A stretch of 64,000 nucleotides of DNA from NCBI GenBank assembly GCA_965237525.1, contig CBDEFO010000007.1, forward strand, positions 480,001 through 544,000, in the 5' to 3' direction. Position 1 is the first letter of the stretch. Every line of letters begins with the position of its first letter. The translations under genes were made by a program, and so were the position numbers. Positions 9,630 to 20,254 of the stretch are shown in pieces. The stretch comes from Candidatus Latescibacterota bacterium (GTDB lineage: Bacteria > Latescibacterota > CBDEFO01). The notes beneath the pieces are model-generated. The model was not told the origin of the DNA, ran no database searches, and was given only the letters and a program-made list of their open reading frames with translations.

Positions 9630-10403
9630 ACTTACCCCCCCCCCAAAACCCGTCCAATCATCCAGATTGTGAATAGAGGCATTGATCTAGACGGGGATAA
9701 TCGAAACGATCACGTGCTGTTCGCATGCTACTCAGCGCCATATGGGTATGGATTCCTTGATTATGATAGATTTGTTCTGGAAGTGAACCGTCAGATGATG
9801 GTCAGTCGAGGTGATAATCTCGAAGGTATGTTTTCGATTGTAGACATTGATACGACCGATAGTTATATGGAAATCGCTGTTCCGGAGGCTGGGCAAAGTA
9901 GCGACTTCGCAACCTACTTCTACTACTATACGGGCGACTTGATCACCTTCATGGGGAGACTTCCAGGGACGTGCAAACAATACGACGTGAATGAAAAAAA
10001 GCCACATGGTATAGGGTATTTCCTTTTGGACGTCGACGGATCTGGCGAGGTGCGCACGCGGCGACGAGGTAGGATATTACATACTTGGTTTTATCCAGCT
10101 CGTTACAAGCTGGATGAGAAGCATCGGTTGGAGTTTGTGGAGGAAGAGTTTTATATCATGGATTCTCCGGTTACGTTACTGAGCGAGCTTGCTCTTCAGG
10201 CATCTCCAACTGACTCAAGGACAGTTGTCGTGTTGCAGGTGGGAGATAAGGCCACAATCGTTGGGAGTGACGATCGGAAGTGGTGCTTGGTGGAAACAGA
10301 AGACGGTCACAAGGGTTGGTTTGCTGTTGAATCCAACTGGACGATTGCCGGCACAGGAAAAGAGGCAGATGAGATATTTGAGGGTCTATGTCATGCAGAT
10401 TAG
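9549..10403 (+). CDS. Secreted protein with C-terminal SH3b-like domain
   Basis: Near-identical signal peptide to 8781; DLDGDN motif; C-terminal LQASPT...LQVGDKATIVGSDDRKWCLVETEDGHKGWF; C10 tract at 9635-9644. Confidence 0.75.
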   Translation: MFRTICVALTAICLCSVVFVSAQTEEDTYPPPKTRPIIQIVNRGIDLDGDNRNDHVLFACYSAPYGYGFLDYDRFVLEVNRQMMVSRGDNLEGMFSIVDIDTTDSYMEIAVPEAGQSSDFATYFYYYTGDLITFMGRLPGTCKQYDVNEKKPHGIGYFLLDVDGSGEVRTRRRGRILHTWFYPARYKLDEKHRLEFVEEEFYIMDSPVTLLSELALQASPTDSRTVVVLQVGDKATIVGSDDRKWCLVETEDGHKGWFAVESNWTIAGTGKEADEIFEGLCHAD

Positions 10404-10614
10404 CTGGATGCTTACTGTTGCCTAGCACTGCATGCAACGAATCCGAGGGGCTAGCCGCTTTTGAACGTTTTGGAGTAAACCAAAAATAGGACTTGCCCCT
10501 ATGTCGGGAATGGCGCCTGATACTATCGCCACACTCTTTCTGTCTCCAATGCTTGAATCTGCCTGTTAATAGCAACATCGCTGAAGAGATCGCTCCTCCA
10601 GTCACCTGCAGGCG

Positions 10615-11382
10615 CTACTTTTCTTCAGATTCAATACCTGAAGGCCTGTAAGATGTGTCAGGTTGTGAGACCATCCGCAGTCGGTCTACTTGTGACAGGT
10701 GCTGCCACATCTGCCCCAGAAACTCTTGCAGACTCCCTTCCACCGACGCACCGGTCGTGTCCAGCGTAAAGCTGCGGCTGATCAAAGAATTGTCGTATTC
10801 CTCCTGAAAGCGGTCTAACACCATCTGCACGTCCCGTTCTTTGAGAATGCACCTTGGACGGGGGTACTGGAGCATGCGCTGTCGAATGACGTCGGCCGAG
10901 GCTTTAACCATGACCAGCACGGTGTCGGGTGCCAGCCTCAGCAGCTCGCCGTCCCAGGCCCGTGCTCTCCGCCTGCGGTCAGCAAAGGTGCCCGGCTCAC
11001 CGTAGCCGTAGTAAAGCGGCGCGTAGACGGCATCAGCGTAATAACCGTTGATCGTCAAGGTATCGTCACAGTCGCGGTACATGTCGGGGTGCAGATGGCG
11101 CCAGATCATGTGGCGCTGGAACTGCTCCAGCAGCAAGGGTCTCAAGGCCAGGATCTGCTGTTCCTCTTCCACGGTGTTAAGGTCTCCAGCCTCTTTCCCC
11201 GGCACTACAAAGCACTCATTCTCCCGCGCCTGTACCACCAGATGTTGGTCCAGGTGTGGCACGACAAAGTGATTGTGCCAGCGCACGAACAGAAGTCCCA
11301 TCGCTTCTATCATCCACCTGGAGATCTCCACGGCCAGAGTCGTCTTGCCAGCATATTCGCAGCCGATGAGGATCAAGCGCAT
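10615..11382 (-). CDS. P-loop NTPase, nucleoside/nucleotide kinase-like hypothetical protein
   Basis: N-terminal Walker A LILIGCEYAGKTT; VLVMVKASADVIRQR and FTLDTT resemble the NMP kinase fold. Confidence 0.7.
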   Translation of the reverse strand: MRLILIGCEYAGKTTLAVEISRWMIEAMGLLFVRWHNHFVVPHLDQHLVVQARENECFVVPGKEAGDLNTVEEEQQILALRPLLLEQFQRHMIWRHLHPDMYRDCDDTLTINGYYADAVYAPLYYGYGEPGTFADRRRRARAWDGELLRLAPDTVLVMVKASADVIRQRMLQYPRPRCILKERDVQMVLDRFQEEYDNSLISRSFTLDTTGASVEGSLQEFLGQMWQHLSQVDRLRMVSQPDTSYRPSGIESEEK

Positions 11383-12049
11383 CGGTAACCTTCCTTTGTT
11401 ATGACCTGTGGTGGAGTGTGTGTATATCCTGAAATTACCGTTCTTTCGTTCACTCTCACTCCTTTGGCTTCAGGACGCAGAACGGATATTAATGTTGACC
11501 TCGGTACTGCTGTTTGATTCAGAAACTTGGTTCTTGCACACAGTGTTATTGTGTATTACTCTGTTAAGAAAAGCCTTTCATCTGAACAGTACCGCCGTCC
11601 GCGTAAACCTGAAATCCATCGCCCGCACTCATCGGTAGTTTGTCTGCAACCCTAAAAGTTCCTTCCTTTCCCCATCTAAACTGCTGCGACTTATAATAGT
11701 GTACGTTGATGAAGACGACCGTGCTCTTTCCGCAGGCGTCAAGATCGTAGGTAGTGTGACCTTGCTCGTCGTATTCGTTGCCCTCCCAAACACCCTGCAC
11801 ATAGCAATTCATTATTATCGGTCAATACGCCCATGCGCTGCGTGCGGGATCGAAGTCTTAACATCTAAGCCAGATATTCAAGCATTGAGTTTCCCGCAAC
11901 ACGCGTAGGCGGTTGGGTTCTTTTACCTTTGACGCCCCCTCGCGCCGCATGAGGGTTCTTTACTTTCATAAGGCGACTCTCTTACTCTTCATGTACCAGA
12001 CGATAATCTGCTGTGTTTATTGTACTTAAGTCAACAGCTACACTTTTCC

Positions 12050-12078
12050 TTGACAAAGTAGGAATTATTGTTTATCTT
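12050..12078 (+). promoter_or_regulatory. Sigma70-type promoter
   Basis: TTGACA-N17-TATCTT upstream of ORF 12228. Confidence 0.55.
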
Positions 12079-12227
12079 GGTTGGTAATTAAGAAGTGCAA
12101 GTATCCCGAAGAGGTGTTTATACTATCCTTATCTCCATTATGGTAAAGGTGCTTCGGATGTTAGTTGTAAGCATAGGCTTGACTCCTGTTCTTTGTTCCT
12201 TGTCTTTCATTAGATGGTGACCGTCCA

Positions 12228-12620
12228 ATGGCCGAATCAGCATATCTTCAGAACACACTTTCCAAGACGCAGCTCGTGGAAAGGATGTTTGATGAGCTAA
12301 GACAACAGCCGGACACAGACCAAAAGGGATTTGCCCTCCAGGTTCAGGAAAGCGTCGAGGCAAAGCGCGTAACGGTGGTTCCAATTCTACAGCCTCAGGA
12401 AGCTCAGACATACATAATCAGGGCTTACGCCGACCACAACAGGGCTTATACCGACTACATATACAGAGAAAAGGACGAAGATGATGACTTCCTCTTGGCA
12501 GAAGAACATAATCACACAGATGAGTTCCAAGACTCAGAAGACAAAGAACAGAATAACAGTGCTTTGAGCTCCCAGGACGCCGAATCTGATAAGGGACAAC
12601 GTATAGACATCACCGGATAG
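12228..12620 (+). CDS. Hypothetical acidic protein
   Basis: 130-aa ORF downstream of a sigma70-like promoter; D/E-rich tail ending GQRIDITG. Confidence 0.55.
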   Translation: MAESAYLQNTLSKTQLVERMFDELRQQPDTDQKGFALQVQESVEAKRVTVVPILQPQEAQTYIIRAYADHNRAYTDYIYREKDEDDDFLLAEEHNHTDEFQDSEDKEQNNSALSSQDAESDKGQRIDITG

Positions 12621-12991
12621 AGAAAGAGGCGTAAACATGTATGAATGGATCGTTTCTCATCTTTCTAAAGCCTCGACTTCTGATGTCTATGCCGTTGTAT
12701 TTGCTCCTCTCTAACAGACCTGAACCCAACTGATTCCGCATAGAAGATCCTCGTACAGTAGTGTAATACGATCTGATTGTGAAATCTTCTGCCACAGACC
12801 CCACAATGCTGCGCAGTTTCTTGCCAAGTATCTCCAAGGGATAAGCCGCTGGATTAGGTGGCTGTTGATCTTAGAAATGTAAAAGGCTAATTCTTAGTGT
12901 AATGCCTGTTTTTTGCCGGTGTATCTTGCTCGTGTGTAAGTTGTAATCGAGAGAAAAGGTACAAAGGGCAGGTGTGAATCAATCAAAACGT

Positions 12992-13020
12992 AAGATATAG
13001 AAGAAAAAAGTGCATGTCAA
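12992..13020 (-). promoter_or_regulatory. Sigma70-type promoter
   Basis: Minus strand TTGACA-N17-TATCTT. The region downstream holds only short or degraded ORFs. Confidence 0.45.
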
Positions 13021-13572
13021 TAGAAATCGTGTAAGATAGTGTCAGTTCAGTCCTTGCGATTGGTTGCCCCGTCCAAAGCTATATTATGCGCACACTTAAG
13101 ATCTCTTAAGTAGCTTGACAAACGATTCAGTAGAGAGGCAACAGTAGACAGGGAATCCCTGCTTCCGCCAAAACCGTGGTTGAGTGCGAAAGGGGTTCGG
13201 AGAACCTCTTGGGACAAAGCGAAGCAATTTCCTTCGGGGTTTTATCACTGACCGACCGGAAAGGGATTGTTATTCGGCGTTCGGTCATTCGCAATCAAGA
13301 AGAACACACCTAATCTCTGTAAATCGCAGTAGACCAAACGATTTTGCAAAAGCAGGATCATTAAGATGCAAAATAGTAGGAGGTAAGCCACCGGGGTGAG
13401 GTGCCCGGTCTACTGATTCAAGTTATCCCCTAGTTAGCATCCTCAAGGATATCCCGATAATCGCGAGTTGGTAGAATAGGGCAAAACAGGGCGCCATCAA
13501 AATCACGCTTTGTCGTATTTATCTCTTGTCAACGGGCTCTCTACAAAGTCCGCGCTCCACGAGGCGAACCAG

Positions 13573-14352
13573 ATGAAAACAATTGATTTTTCGCGATCTT
13601 TTTTGACCTTTCGCGTCGACACACTCAAGAAGCCCCCTACCACCGCGAGTCACAAGCCTCCAATTACCCTGAATAATTCTCGTATTCCGATCGATTGCCG
13701 CTGTGAGATTACAGATAAACGCACCGGTGAATCTGAGGAGTTTGTTCTGGGTGTTAGCTGCAAAACTGAACGGGTCGGAGTGGAAAAGGATATCTGGACC
13801 GTACCAAATGCAGATTTTGTTCCGATTTTTTCCCGGGAACGATTTATGATCTTGAAGACCTTTGACCAGGCCGATAAGCAGGTGATGCTTCATCCACCTT
13901 CGTTAGGTCCCCAGCCCCTAAGGCAGGTTGGCAGCGTGGCCGAAGCCTACGACAGCGTGCGCATAGATCTGACTTCTGTCAGCAGTGAGGTGCTGGAGAC
14001 TCCTGACCAGATCGTAGAGGCTGTCCTTGAAAATCAGATACTGGTCGCGCAGACTGAGATCGAGGAGGAACACTATATAGCCGTTCTGGACTACCCGGTC
14101 AAAACTATCAACGCCAGTGAGCGGGACAAAATCTATCAGACCGATACCGGTCCGGTGCTTCTGCCCGATTTTTCCAAGGAGTTAGAGGATATGATCAGCG
14201 GTCTGGAACTGGCCTTTTCCGCTTTTAATAACCCTGGCTGGATCGAGTTTATCGTGTGTGTTCCGACACCCGTTGCCGAGAACATAAGCGTGTACCACTA
14301 TTCCCATCCAGTGCGTTTTGATGCAAAGAACAGGATCGTACGCCTGTTATAG
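13573..14352 (+). CDS. Hypothetical protein
   Basis: Long clean ORF; probable start MKTIDFSRSF at 13573 after GAGG; protein-like composition. Confidence 0.75.
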   Translation: MKTIDFSRSFLTFRVDTLKKPPTTASHKPPITLNNSRIPIDCRCEITDKRTGESEEFVLGVSCKTERVGVEKDIWTVPNADFVPIFSRERFMILKTFDQADKQVMLHPPSLGPQPLRQVGSVAEAYDSVRIDLTSVSSEVLETPDQIVEAVLENQILVAQTEIEEEHYIAVLDYPVKTINASERDKIYQTDTGPVLLPDFSKELEDMISGLELAFSAFNNPGWIEFIVCVPTPVAENISVYHYSHPVRFDAKNRIVRLL

Positions 14353-14384
14353 TACAGAACGACCATCCTGTTAGGAGGTAAGCG

Positions 14385-16376
14385 ATGCCCGCTGCACGCA
14401 GTCGTGCTCTATCTGACCGCCGCCCGACCTTCGACTTCGGCGGTGAGATCGTCTGGAAACCGACCCCTGAATACATCGAACGCAGTCACCTGAAGCGGTT
14501 CATGGACAAGCACGGTATGGAGTCCTTCTCCCAATTGATGGAACGTTCGACAGGTGACGTGGCCTGGTTTACCGATGAGGTGATCAAGTACCTGGACATC
14601 CAGTTTCAAGAGCCCTACTCAGAGGTTATGGACCTGTCGGGCGGAATTCAACACCCTCAATGGTGTGTGGGCGGCAAGCTGAACATCGTCTACAACTGCG
14701 TGGACAAATGGGCGGAAGACCCTGCGACCCGTGAGCTTGGGGCGGTGATCTGGGAGGGAGAAGAAGGGGATAGCAGCACGCTGACCTATGGAGAACTGGG
14801 GAGGCAGGTCAACCGCTGCGCGAACGCCCTCCGTGAACTAGGTTTCGTTAAAGGCGACGCCATTGGACTGCACATGCCGATGACGCCGGAAATCGTTATC
14901 GCTTTTTTTGCGATTGGCAAGATCGGGGGCATCGTTCTGCCTCTGTTCTCCGGCTTCGGGGCCGGAGCGATCGCCGCTCGCCTGAACGATGCCAGTGCCA
15001 AAGGGCTGTTCACCGCTGACGGCTTCTTCCGGCGCGGGAAGGTCGTTCCGCTCAAACTGACCGCTGACCAGGCGGCAGCACAGGTTGGGACCGTGAAGCA
15101 CATCATCGTGCTCAAGCGGGCAGGGAACGATGTTCCGATGCAAAGCGGGCGTGACCATTGGTGGCACGATCTGATACCTGCCCAATCGGATCAGGCTGGA
15201 CTCGAAGCCACCGACGCTGAAGACGTACTGATGGTACTCTACACCTCCGGGACAACCGGCCGTCCCAAAGGAGCGGTGCACACACACTGCAGCTTCCCTA
15301 TCAAGGCAGCACAGGATATGGCCTTTGGCACCGATGTACACCCGGGTGACGTGATCTACTGGATGACGGACATGGGATGGATGATGGGGCCCTGGCTGGT
15401 GTTCGGTGCCACCCTATTGGGAGCGACATGCCTTCTGTACGACGGCGCACCGGACTACCCCGGTCCCGATCGGCTGTGGGCACTGGTCGAGCGACATCGC
15501 ATCACCGTTCTGGGCCTTTCGCCGACGCTGGTGCGCGTCCTTTTAGCCCACGGAGAAGAGCCGGTCAAAGCACACGACCTGTCGTCCATTCACCTTTTTG
15601 CTTCCACCGGCGAGCCGTGGAACCCTGATCCCTGGTTATGGCTCTTCAACGTCGTGGGGAAAGGACGTCGCCCAATCATTAACTACTCGGGAGGAACGGA
15701 GATCTCCGGGGGGATCGTGATGGGCAATCCACTTACGCCGCTGAAGCCTACGGCCTTCTCCGGGCCGTGTCCCGGCATTGCGGCTGACGTGCTGGATGGA
15801 GCGGGGAACTCGGTACGTAACCAGGTTGGCGAGCTGGTGATTCGCGCCCCCTGGATCGGGATGACGCGCGGGTTCTGGCGCGATGAAGAGCGTTACTTGG
15901 AAGCATACTGGTCGCGCTGGGAGGACATCTGGGTGCACGGCGACTGGGCAGCGGTGGACGAAGATGGGCTCTGGTACATCCTGGGCCGCTCGGATGACAC
16001 GATCAACGTCGGGGGGGTGAGACTTGGCCCTGCGGAGGTTGAGTCCGTGCTGGTCAGCCATCCTGCGGTCAATGAAGCGGCTGTCATCGGGGCCCCAGAT
16101 CCGATCAAGGGTAACGCGGTGATCTGTTTTTGCGTGTTGGCGCCTAACTTTGAGCCAAGTGAGGACCTGCGGGGGGAACTGCAAGCCAAAGTCGCCGCAG
16201 AAATGGGCAAACCGCTACGACCAAAGGAGATCAAATTCGTCTCGGATTTGCCCAAGACGCGCAATCAGAAGGTGATGCGCCGCGTTATCCGCAGCGCCTA
16301 TCTGGGTGAGGAGCCGGGCGATATCTCCAGCCTGATGAACCCAGAGACCCTCGAGGAAGTACGGCGGGCTGTGTAG
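14385..16376 (+). CDS. Acetate/acyl-CoA ligase (AMP-binding, ACS-like)
   Basis: [55 protein letters not shown]. Confidence 0.93.
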   Translation: MPAARSRALSDRRPTFDFGGEIVWKPTPEYIERSHLKRFMDKHGMESFSQLMERSTGDVAWFTDEVIKYLDIQFQEPYSEVMDLSGGIQHPQWCVGGKLNIVYNCVDKWAEDPATRELGAVIWEGEEGDSSTLTYGELGRQVNRCANALRELGFVKGDAIGLHMPMTPEIVIAFFAIGKIGGIVLPLFSGFGAGAIAARLNDASAKGLFTADGFFRRGKVVPLKLTADQAAAQVGTVKHIIVLKRAGNDVPMQSGRDHWWHDLIPAQSDQAGLEATDAEDVLMVLYTSGTTGRPKGAVHTHCSFPIKAAQDMAFGTDVHPGDVIYWMTDMGWMMGPWLVFGATLLGATCLLYDGAPDYPGPDRLWALVERHRITVLGLSPTLVRVLLAHGEEPVKAHDLSSIHLFASTGEPWNPDPWLWLFNVVGKGRRPIINYSGGTEISGGIVMGNPLTPLKPTAFSGPCPGIAADVLDGAGNSVRNQVGELVIRAPWIGMTRGFWRDEERYLEAYWSRWEDIWVHGDWAAVDEDGLWYILGRSDDTINVGGVRLGPAEVESVLVSHPAVNEAAVIGAPDPIKGNAVICFCVLAPNFEPSEDLRGELQAKVAAEMGKPLRPKEIKFVSDLPKTRNQKVMRRVIRSAYLGEEPGDISSLMNPETLEEVRRAV

Positions 16377-16585
16377 GTCGAGCACTGATCGTACACTACA
16401 TACGGTTGAGGCGCCGTGGCACTGCGTGCATTGTTGGGGAGTGGAGACAGCAGAGGAGGATTATGAATATTAGGGAAGGTTTGCATGTAACTTTTTGAAA
16501 TTGAAAAACGAAAATAAGAATGAAAAGTTTATAGTAACCCTCCCTACTCTCCCTGTCATCCCATCGCCTAAACTGTCATTCGCGA

Positions 16586-16608
16586 CCCCCGATTAAATCT
16601 ATCGGGGG
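16586..16608 (-). repeat. 23-bp palindromic element copy (supplies the TAG stop of 16599-18650)
   Basis: CCCCCGATTAAATCTATCGGGGG. Confidence 0.85.
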
Positions 16609-18650
16609 TCTGTTTCCCGCAGGAGCCTATCAATTTCCGTCTTCATGTAGCGCTGGATGGCGGCTACAAAGGTATCGGTGGTCACACCCTTGAGCCGGGT
16701 CTCGAAGCCGTGATCTCCGAAGCCGAAGAGTACCTCCTCTTTTTCGTATCTCTCGGGGTCATCGAAATAGTACGGGCTAGTTCCGCGCAAGGCCTCAGGG
16801 ATTTCATTATTATCGTCAGGGTACACCACGGGATTGGCGATGACGACCTGTGGGCTGTCGTCGTCCAAGTCCGGGTCTTTGCGAGGCACTGTGAAATCCC
16901 CCAGGAGCACCGTCTCCTTCTGCACCGGGGCCCAGTGCGCGATTTTGTAGGTGGGTCCCGGGTCGACCCAGTCCTTCAACTGCCGCCTCACCCTGGTGAA
17001 CTCGTGCCACTTCTTCAGCTCGGGCAAGTGCTCTGGCGGCAGGGAGCTGTGGGCTTCGTACCTGGAGCCATCGCTCTGGGCGCGGATATCATTGAAGACC
17101 ATGAACCAGTTGACGTAATCGCGGCAGCCCCGGGAGAGCTGCATGATCTGGTCGCCACCCTTGGGACTGCAACTGTCGGCGATCACCACGTGAGGCATGT
17201 GCTGGTTGAGGTCTTTGACGAAATCCCTCGTGAACCCCATGCGGATGCTGTAGAAGAGTTCATGGCGGACCTTCAGACGCATGGACATGTGCGAGGGGTT
17301 GCGGAAGTAGTGCAGAGTGAAGCCGTCGCGCAGGTAGTCCTCCAGGGGCTCGACGACCCACTGCCTGCCGTAGCGGTCGTTGCCTATAACTGCGATGCGG
17401 CGGCTGGTCCTGGCGCGAAATTCTCTCAGGAAGCGGAGAAAGCCTACAGCCTCGTACGCGACGCGCCTGACTTCCACGAGGTGCTGTCCGTCCAGCTCGA
17501 ATTCTTCCTCGCAGGGCGGCGGCAATTCTTGCAACTTCTCGAACATGGCGTAGTGCTCCGAGGTGTCCAACGGGTGGTCGAATTGCCAGTTGTACTCAGT
17601 GGTGAAGCGCATGTATTCCAGTTCTTTTTGCAGTTCATTGTCCATGCGGAAGCGGCCGGCGCGGGTCTCTGATCTGAGGCGATCCAGTTCGCCTATGAGG
17701 GACTCAAAATCAGATGGTTGCGCCAGGTAGTCGGTCAGCACGGGGGTCAACGTGACACCGTCGTGGTTCTGGTTGTTGATCCGGGCAATCCACGCGCCCA
17801 GTTGCTCGAAGCGATGCAGGGCCTCGTCCCTCGAGAGGTTTTCCAGAAATTTTTCGACCTGTTCGACGCTGATGACAAGCCCGGACTTGGACGCGGCCAT
17901 CACCAGATCGGTCAGCGCCGGGATATTGTTCGACTTGAGGATGCAGCTGTAGCTTTTGTAAAGGGTTGCTTTGTCAGCCTGTACTTCCTCCTCCATCTCC
18001 TGCAAGTGCTCCAGCAGCCGGGTTTCGGCTTCCAGGATCTGCGCGGGTATGGTCTTTGCCTGGTGCTCGCTGATTTCCTCCCGGACGATGCGCCCGTACC
18101 AGTGGTCGAACACCTCCTTTTCAGCCTCGTCCTGCGTCTCCACGGGTTTGGCGCGCTGTATTTCCACGGCCAAGGCGGCCGCGCAGAGAGGGATCGAGGT
18201 AGTTCCCGCTGCGGCGAGCTGGTCCAGTTGGTCGCGCACGGAACCCGGGAAGTTCGGCCTCTGTTTCAGGTACGCTTCGAGGAACGAAGGGGCCTGTTGA
18301 GGGAAGTTGGCATAAGCTGCTTCAACAATTGTGCGAATTGTGTCGAGGGCCGTTTTGGGAGTTATGCTATCCTTTTTTGATATGGCGATGACCTGAGAAA
18401 CCACGGCTTCGAAGTGGTCGTCCCCCAGGATGAATGAGCGCCAGTCCCCGATTGAATCTATCGGGGATAAACTTCTGTCGGGGATCGGGGAGTGGACGAG
18501 GGTGGAGATGAGATCGTAGCCGGCGTGTTCGTAATGGCCTAGCTGGCACTCGTACCTGAGCAGGTCTTCGAGGGGTTTACCGATTTTTGCCCAAGGTATT
18601 TCTGCCATTGTGAGCCTGTCTTTCCTTATCTTTTCTTTACTCTTATCCAC
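16599..18650 (-). CDS. Hypothetical protein (~680 aa)
   Basis: Long ORF with GC-rich codon bias; no family recognised. Contains an in-frame palindrome copy (SPIDSIG). Confidence 0.8.
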   Translation of the reverse strand: MDKSKEKIRKDRLTMAEIPWAKIGKPLEDLLRYECQLGHYEHAGYDLISTLVHSPIPDRSLSPIDSIGDWRSFILGDDHFEAVVSQVIAISKKDSITPKTALDTIRTIVEAAYANFPQQAPSFLEAYLKQRPNFPGSVRDQLDQLAAAGTTSIPLCAAALAVEIQRAKPVETQDEAEKEVFDHWYGRIVREEISEHQAKTIPAQILEAETRLLEHLQEMEEEVQADKATLYKSYSCILKSNNIPALTDLVMAASKSGLVISVEQVEKFLENLSRDEALHRFEQLGAWIARINNQNHDGVTLTPVLTDYLAQPSDFESLIGELDRLRSETRAGRFRMDNELQKELEYMRFTTEYNWQFDHPLDTSEHYAMFEKLQELPPPCEEEFELDGQHLVEVRRVAYEAVGFLRFLREFRARTSRRIAVIGNDRYGRQWVVEPLEDYLRDGFTLHYFRNPSHMSMRLKVRHELFYSIRMGFTRDFVKDLNQHMPHVVIADSCSPKGGDQIMQLSRGCRDYVNWFMVFNDIRAQSDGSRYEAHSSLPPEHLPELKKWHEFTRVRRQLKDWVDPGPTYKIAHWAPVQKETVLLGDFTVPRKDPDLDDDSPQVVIANPVVYPDDNNEIPEALRGTSPYYFDDPERYEKEEVLFGFGDHGFETRLKGVTTDTFVAAIQRYMKTEIDRLLRETDPR
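18445..18467 (-). repeat. 23-bp palindromic element copy, in-frame inside CDS
   Basis: TCCCCGATTGAATCTATCGGGGA; read on the minus strand as S-P-I-D-S-I-G-D. Confidence 0.85.
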
Positions 18651-18792
18651 CTTACTGCTTTAGATGCCTCGCAACATAAGGAACAATAGTATCATCAATT
18701 CTGCCTCAACAATTCGATAGCATACAGGGGGGTGAGGTGCCCGGTCTACTGTTTACTATATTTAGAGCTACCGCCTTCCCCTATTATCGCGA

Positions 18793-19719
18793 TCACAACT
18801 CCAGCATCTCCGGGACGTGCTCTCGGTACAACTCTCGCAGGGTTTTTACATCCTCCTCGGTGGCAGACGGATATGGCCCGCGGCTCCTGCTACTGGTCTT
18901 GAGGAATCCAGTCGCCGCACCTCCGAGTCGGTCGTAGGCCGTGTCCGTATATCCACGCTGTCCTAACTCTTCATAAAACTTGTCCACGGACCTAAAGCGG
19001 GCCATGGACTTCTCCAGAGCGGCCCAGTTCTTCTTCACCACTAACTGCCAGATGGACAGGGTGACCCTGGGATTCTCGTAGACCATCGAACTGCAGCATC
19101 CGATTGCCCCTTGTGGCCCGAGCGTCGGCCAGAGTCGCTCACCGACAAATACATTGATGAACTCGGAAAGTTCCCTACAGCCCTTAGGCGTGGCCCCTAC
19201 AGTGCCCGCATTGGTCTTGACCATCAGATAAGTTGGGACAGCGTCTTTAACCGCCCGATGCTGGTCTAGCGTAAGCGTCTTCTTTGCCCGCGTGGTTTCG
19301 TAGATCGAGAGCGGCAGTCCGTCTGCGGCCTCGGTAACCTCCGTGAAGAACGGCACAATCTCTGCATCCCCGACCTCCATCCAGAACGGCAGCGCCACCT
19401 GGATCGCGTCGGCGCCGAGTTCAGCGGTAAAGGAGGCGCGTCGGACTGCGCCGAGTGTGTAGGTCGAGCTGCATCCCACCATAGCCGGCTTGCTATGTGC
19501 GTGGGACTCCTCCACTGTGGCCTTGGCCACGGCCTTGAACTCGTCCAATTCCATTGCATAGAACTCGCCTGTTGTTCCTCCGGTGTATACACCGGGGACG
19601 CCCGCCTTGCAGCAACGCGCTACATCTGCGCGATAGGTCTCTTCGTCGAATTGGTCATTGTCAGTCCAGGCTACCGGTAGACCCGCCCAAGGTCCGGTGA
19701 AGGTGTCTCGGGTCAGCAT
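18793..19719 (-). CDS. Dihydrodipicolinate synthase-family aldolase
   Basis: GGTTGEFY, GADAIQVALPFW, LSIYET, candidate Schiff-base Lys in YLMVKTN. Confidence 0.88.
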   Translation of the reverse strand: MLTRDTFTGPWAGLPVAWTDNDQFDEETYRADVARCCKAGVPGVYTGGTTGEFYAMELDEFKAVAKATVEESHAHSKPAMVGCSSTYTLGAVRRASFTAELGADAIQVALPFWMEVGDAEIVPFFTEVTEAADGLPLSIYETTRAKKTLTLDQHRAVKDAVPTYLMVKTNAGTVGATPKGCRELSEFINVFVGERLWPTLGPQGAIGCCSSMVYENPRVTLSIWQLVVKKNWAALEKSMARFRSVDKFYEELGQRGYTDTAYDRLGGAATGFLKTSSRSRGPYPSATEEDVKTLRELYREHVPEMLEL

Positions 19720-20215
19720 CTTTCATTCTCCTCTCCTGTGGGAATTGACTTTTGAAGATTCACTAGTTCGATAGCGCTCTTGCACTGGGTCATCCAGTTC
19801 TCCACTTGCCAAAGAATCCGACCTATGGCGATGACCCCCTACTGTCCCTACGCCCAACGAGGTCTTGTCCCCCAATCAATTGAAGAGGATTAGGTGCCGA
19901 TGTACTGGTCGATGACCTTCTGAGGCTCCGGTAGGGCCGCTCTCTCCCAAACCCACTGTGCCGTCGTCCGCGTGCACGACGTACACCGTGCGTGCGTGGT
20001 ACCATGGTAGTGATTGAGCTGGTAGACGATCCAGTCCTCGTATTCAAGCCAGATTTCGTGAACCTGGATCTTGGTTGCCTTCGCAGTATTTCCTCTATAT
20101 AGCCTCTGTTGCCGTTTTTCCCCGGAAAGCTCTTCAATACTTTTTGGGTGCCCCAGACCGGCACTGCGTGCTGGTCTAGATAAACTTCAGGTAGCTCCAC
20201 TCACTTCGTGGCAAG

Positions 20216-20238
20216 CCCCGGATTGGATCTATCGGGGG
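20216..20238 (-). repeat. 23-bp palindromic element copy
   Basis: CCCCGGATTGGATCTATCGGGGG, flanked by GCAAG/CTTGC. Confidence 0.8.
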
Positions 20239-20254
20239 CTTGCTATCTCCCCAG

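Noticed and set aside
11400..12000. Short ORFs 11564-11812 and neighbours (also 19823-20200, 33250-33900, 56000-56500)
   Set aside because: Probably decayed gene fragments; no family recognisable and no feature can be supported.
13142..13415. RNase P, tmRNA, SRP, 6S or T-box RNA
   Set aside because: Signature motifs of these RNAs were not found; retained only as an unexplained structured element.
16710..18380. Long plus-strand ORFs 16710-17672 and 17718-18380 (also 62429-63319)
   Set aside because: Antisense shadows of GC-rich minus-strand genes.
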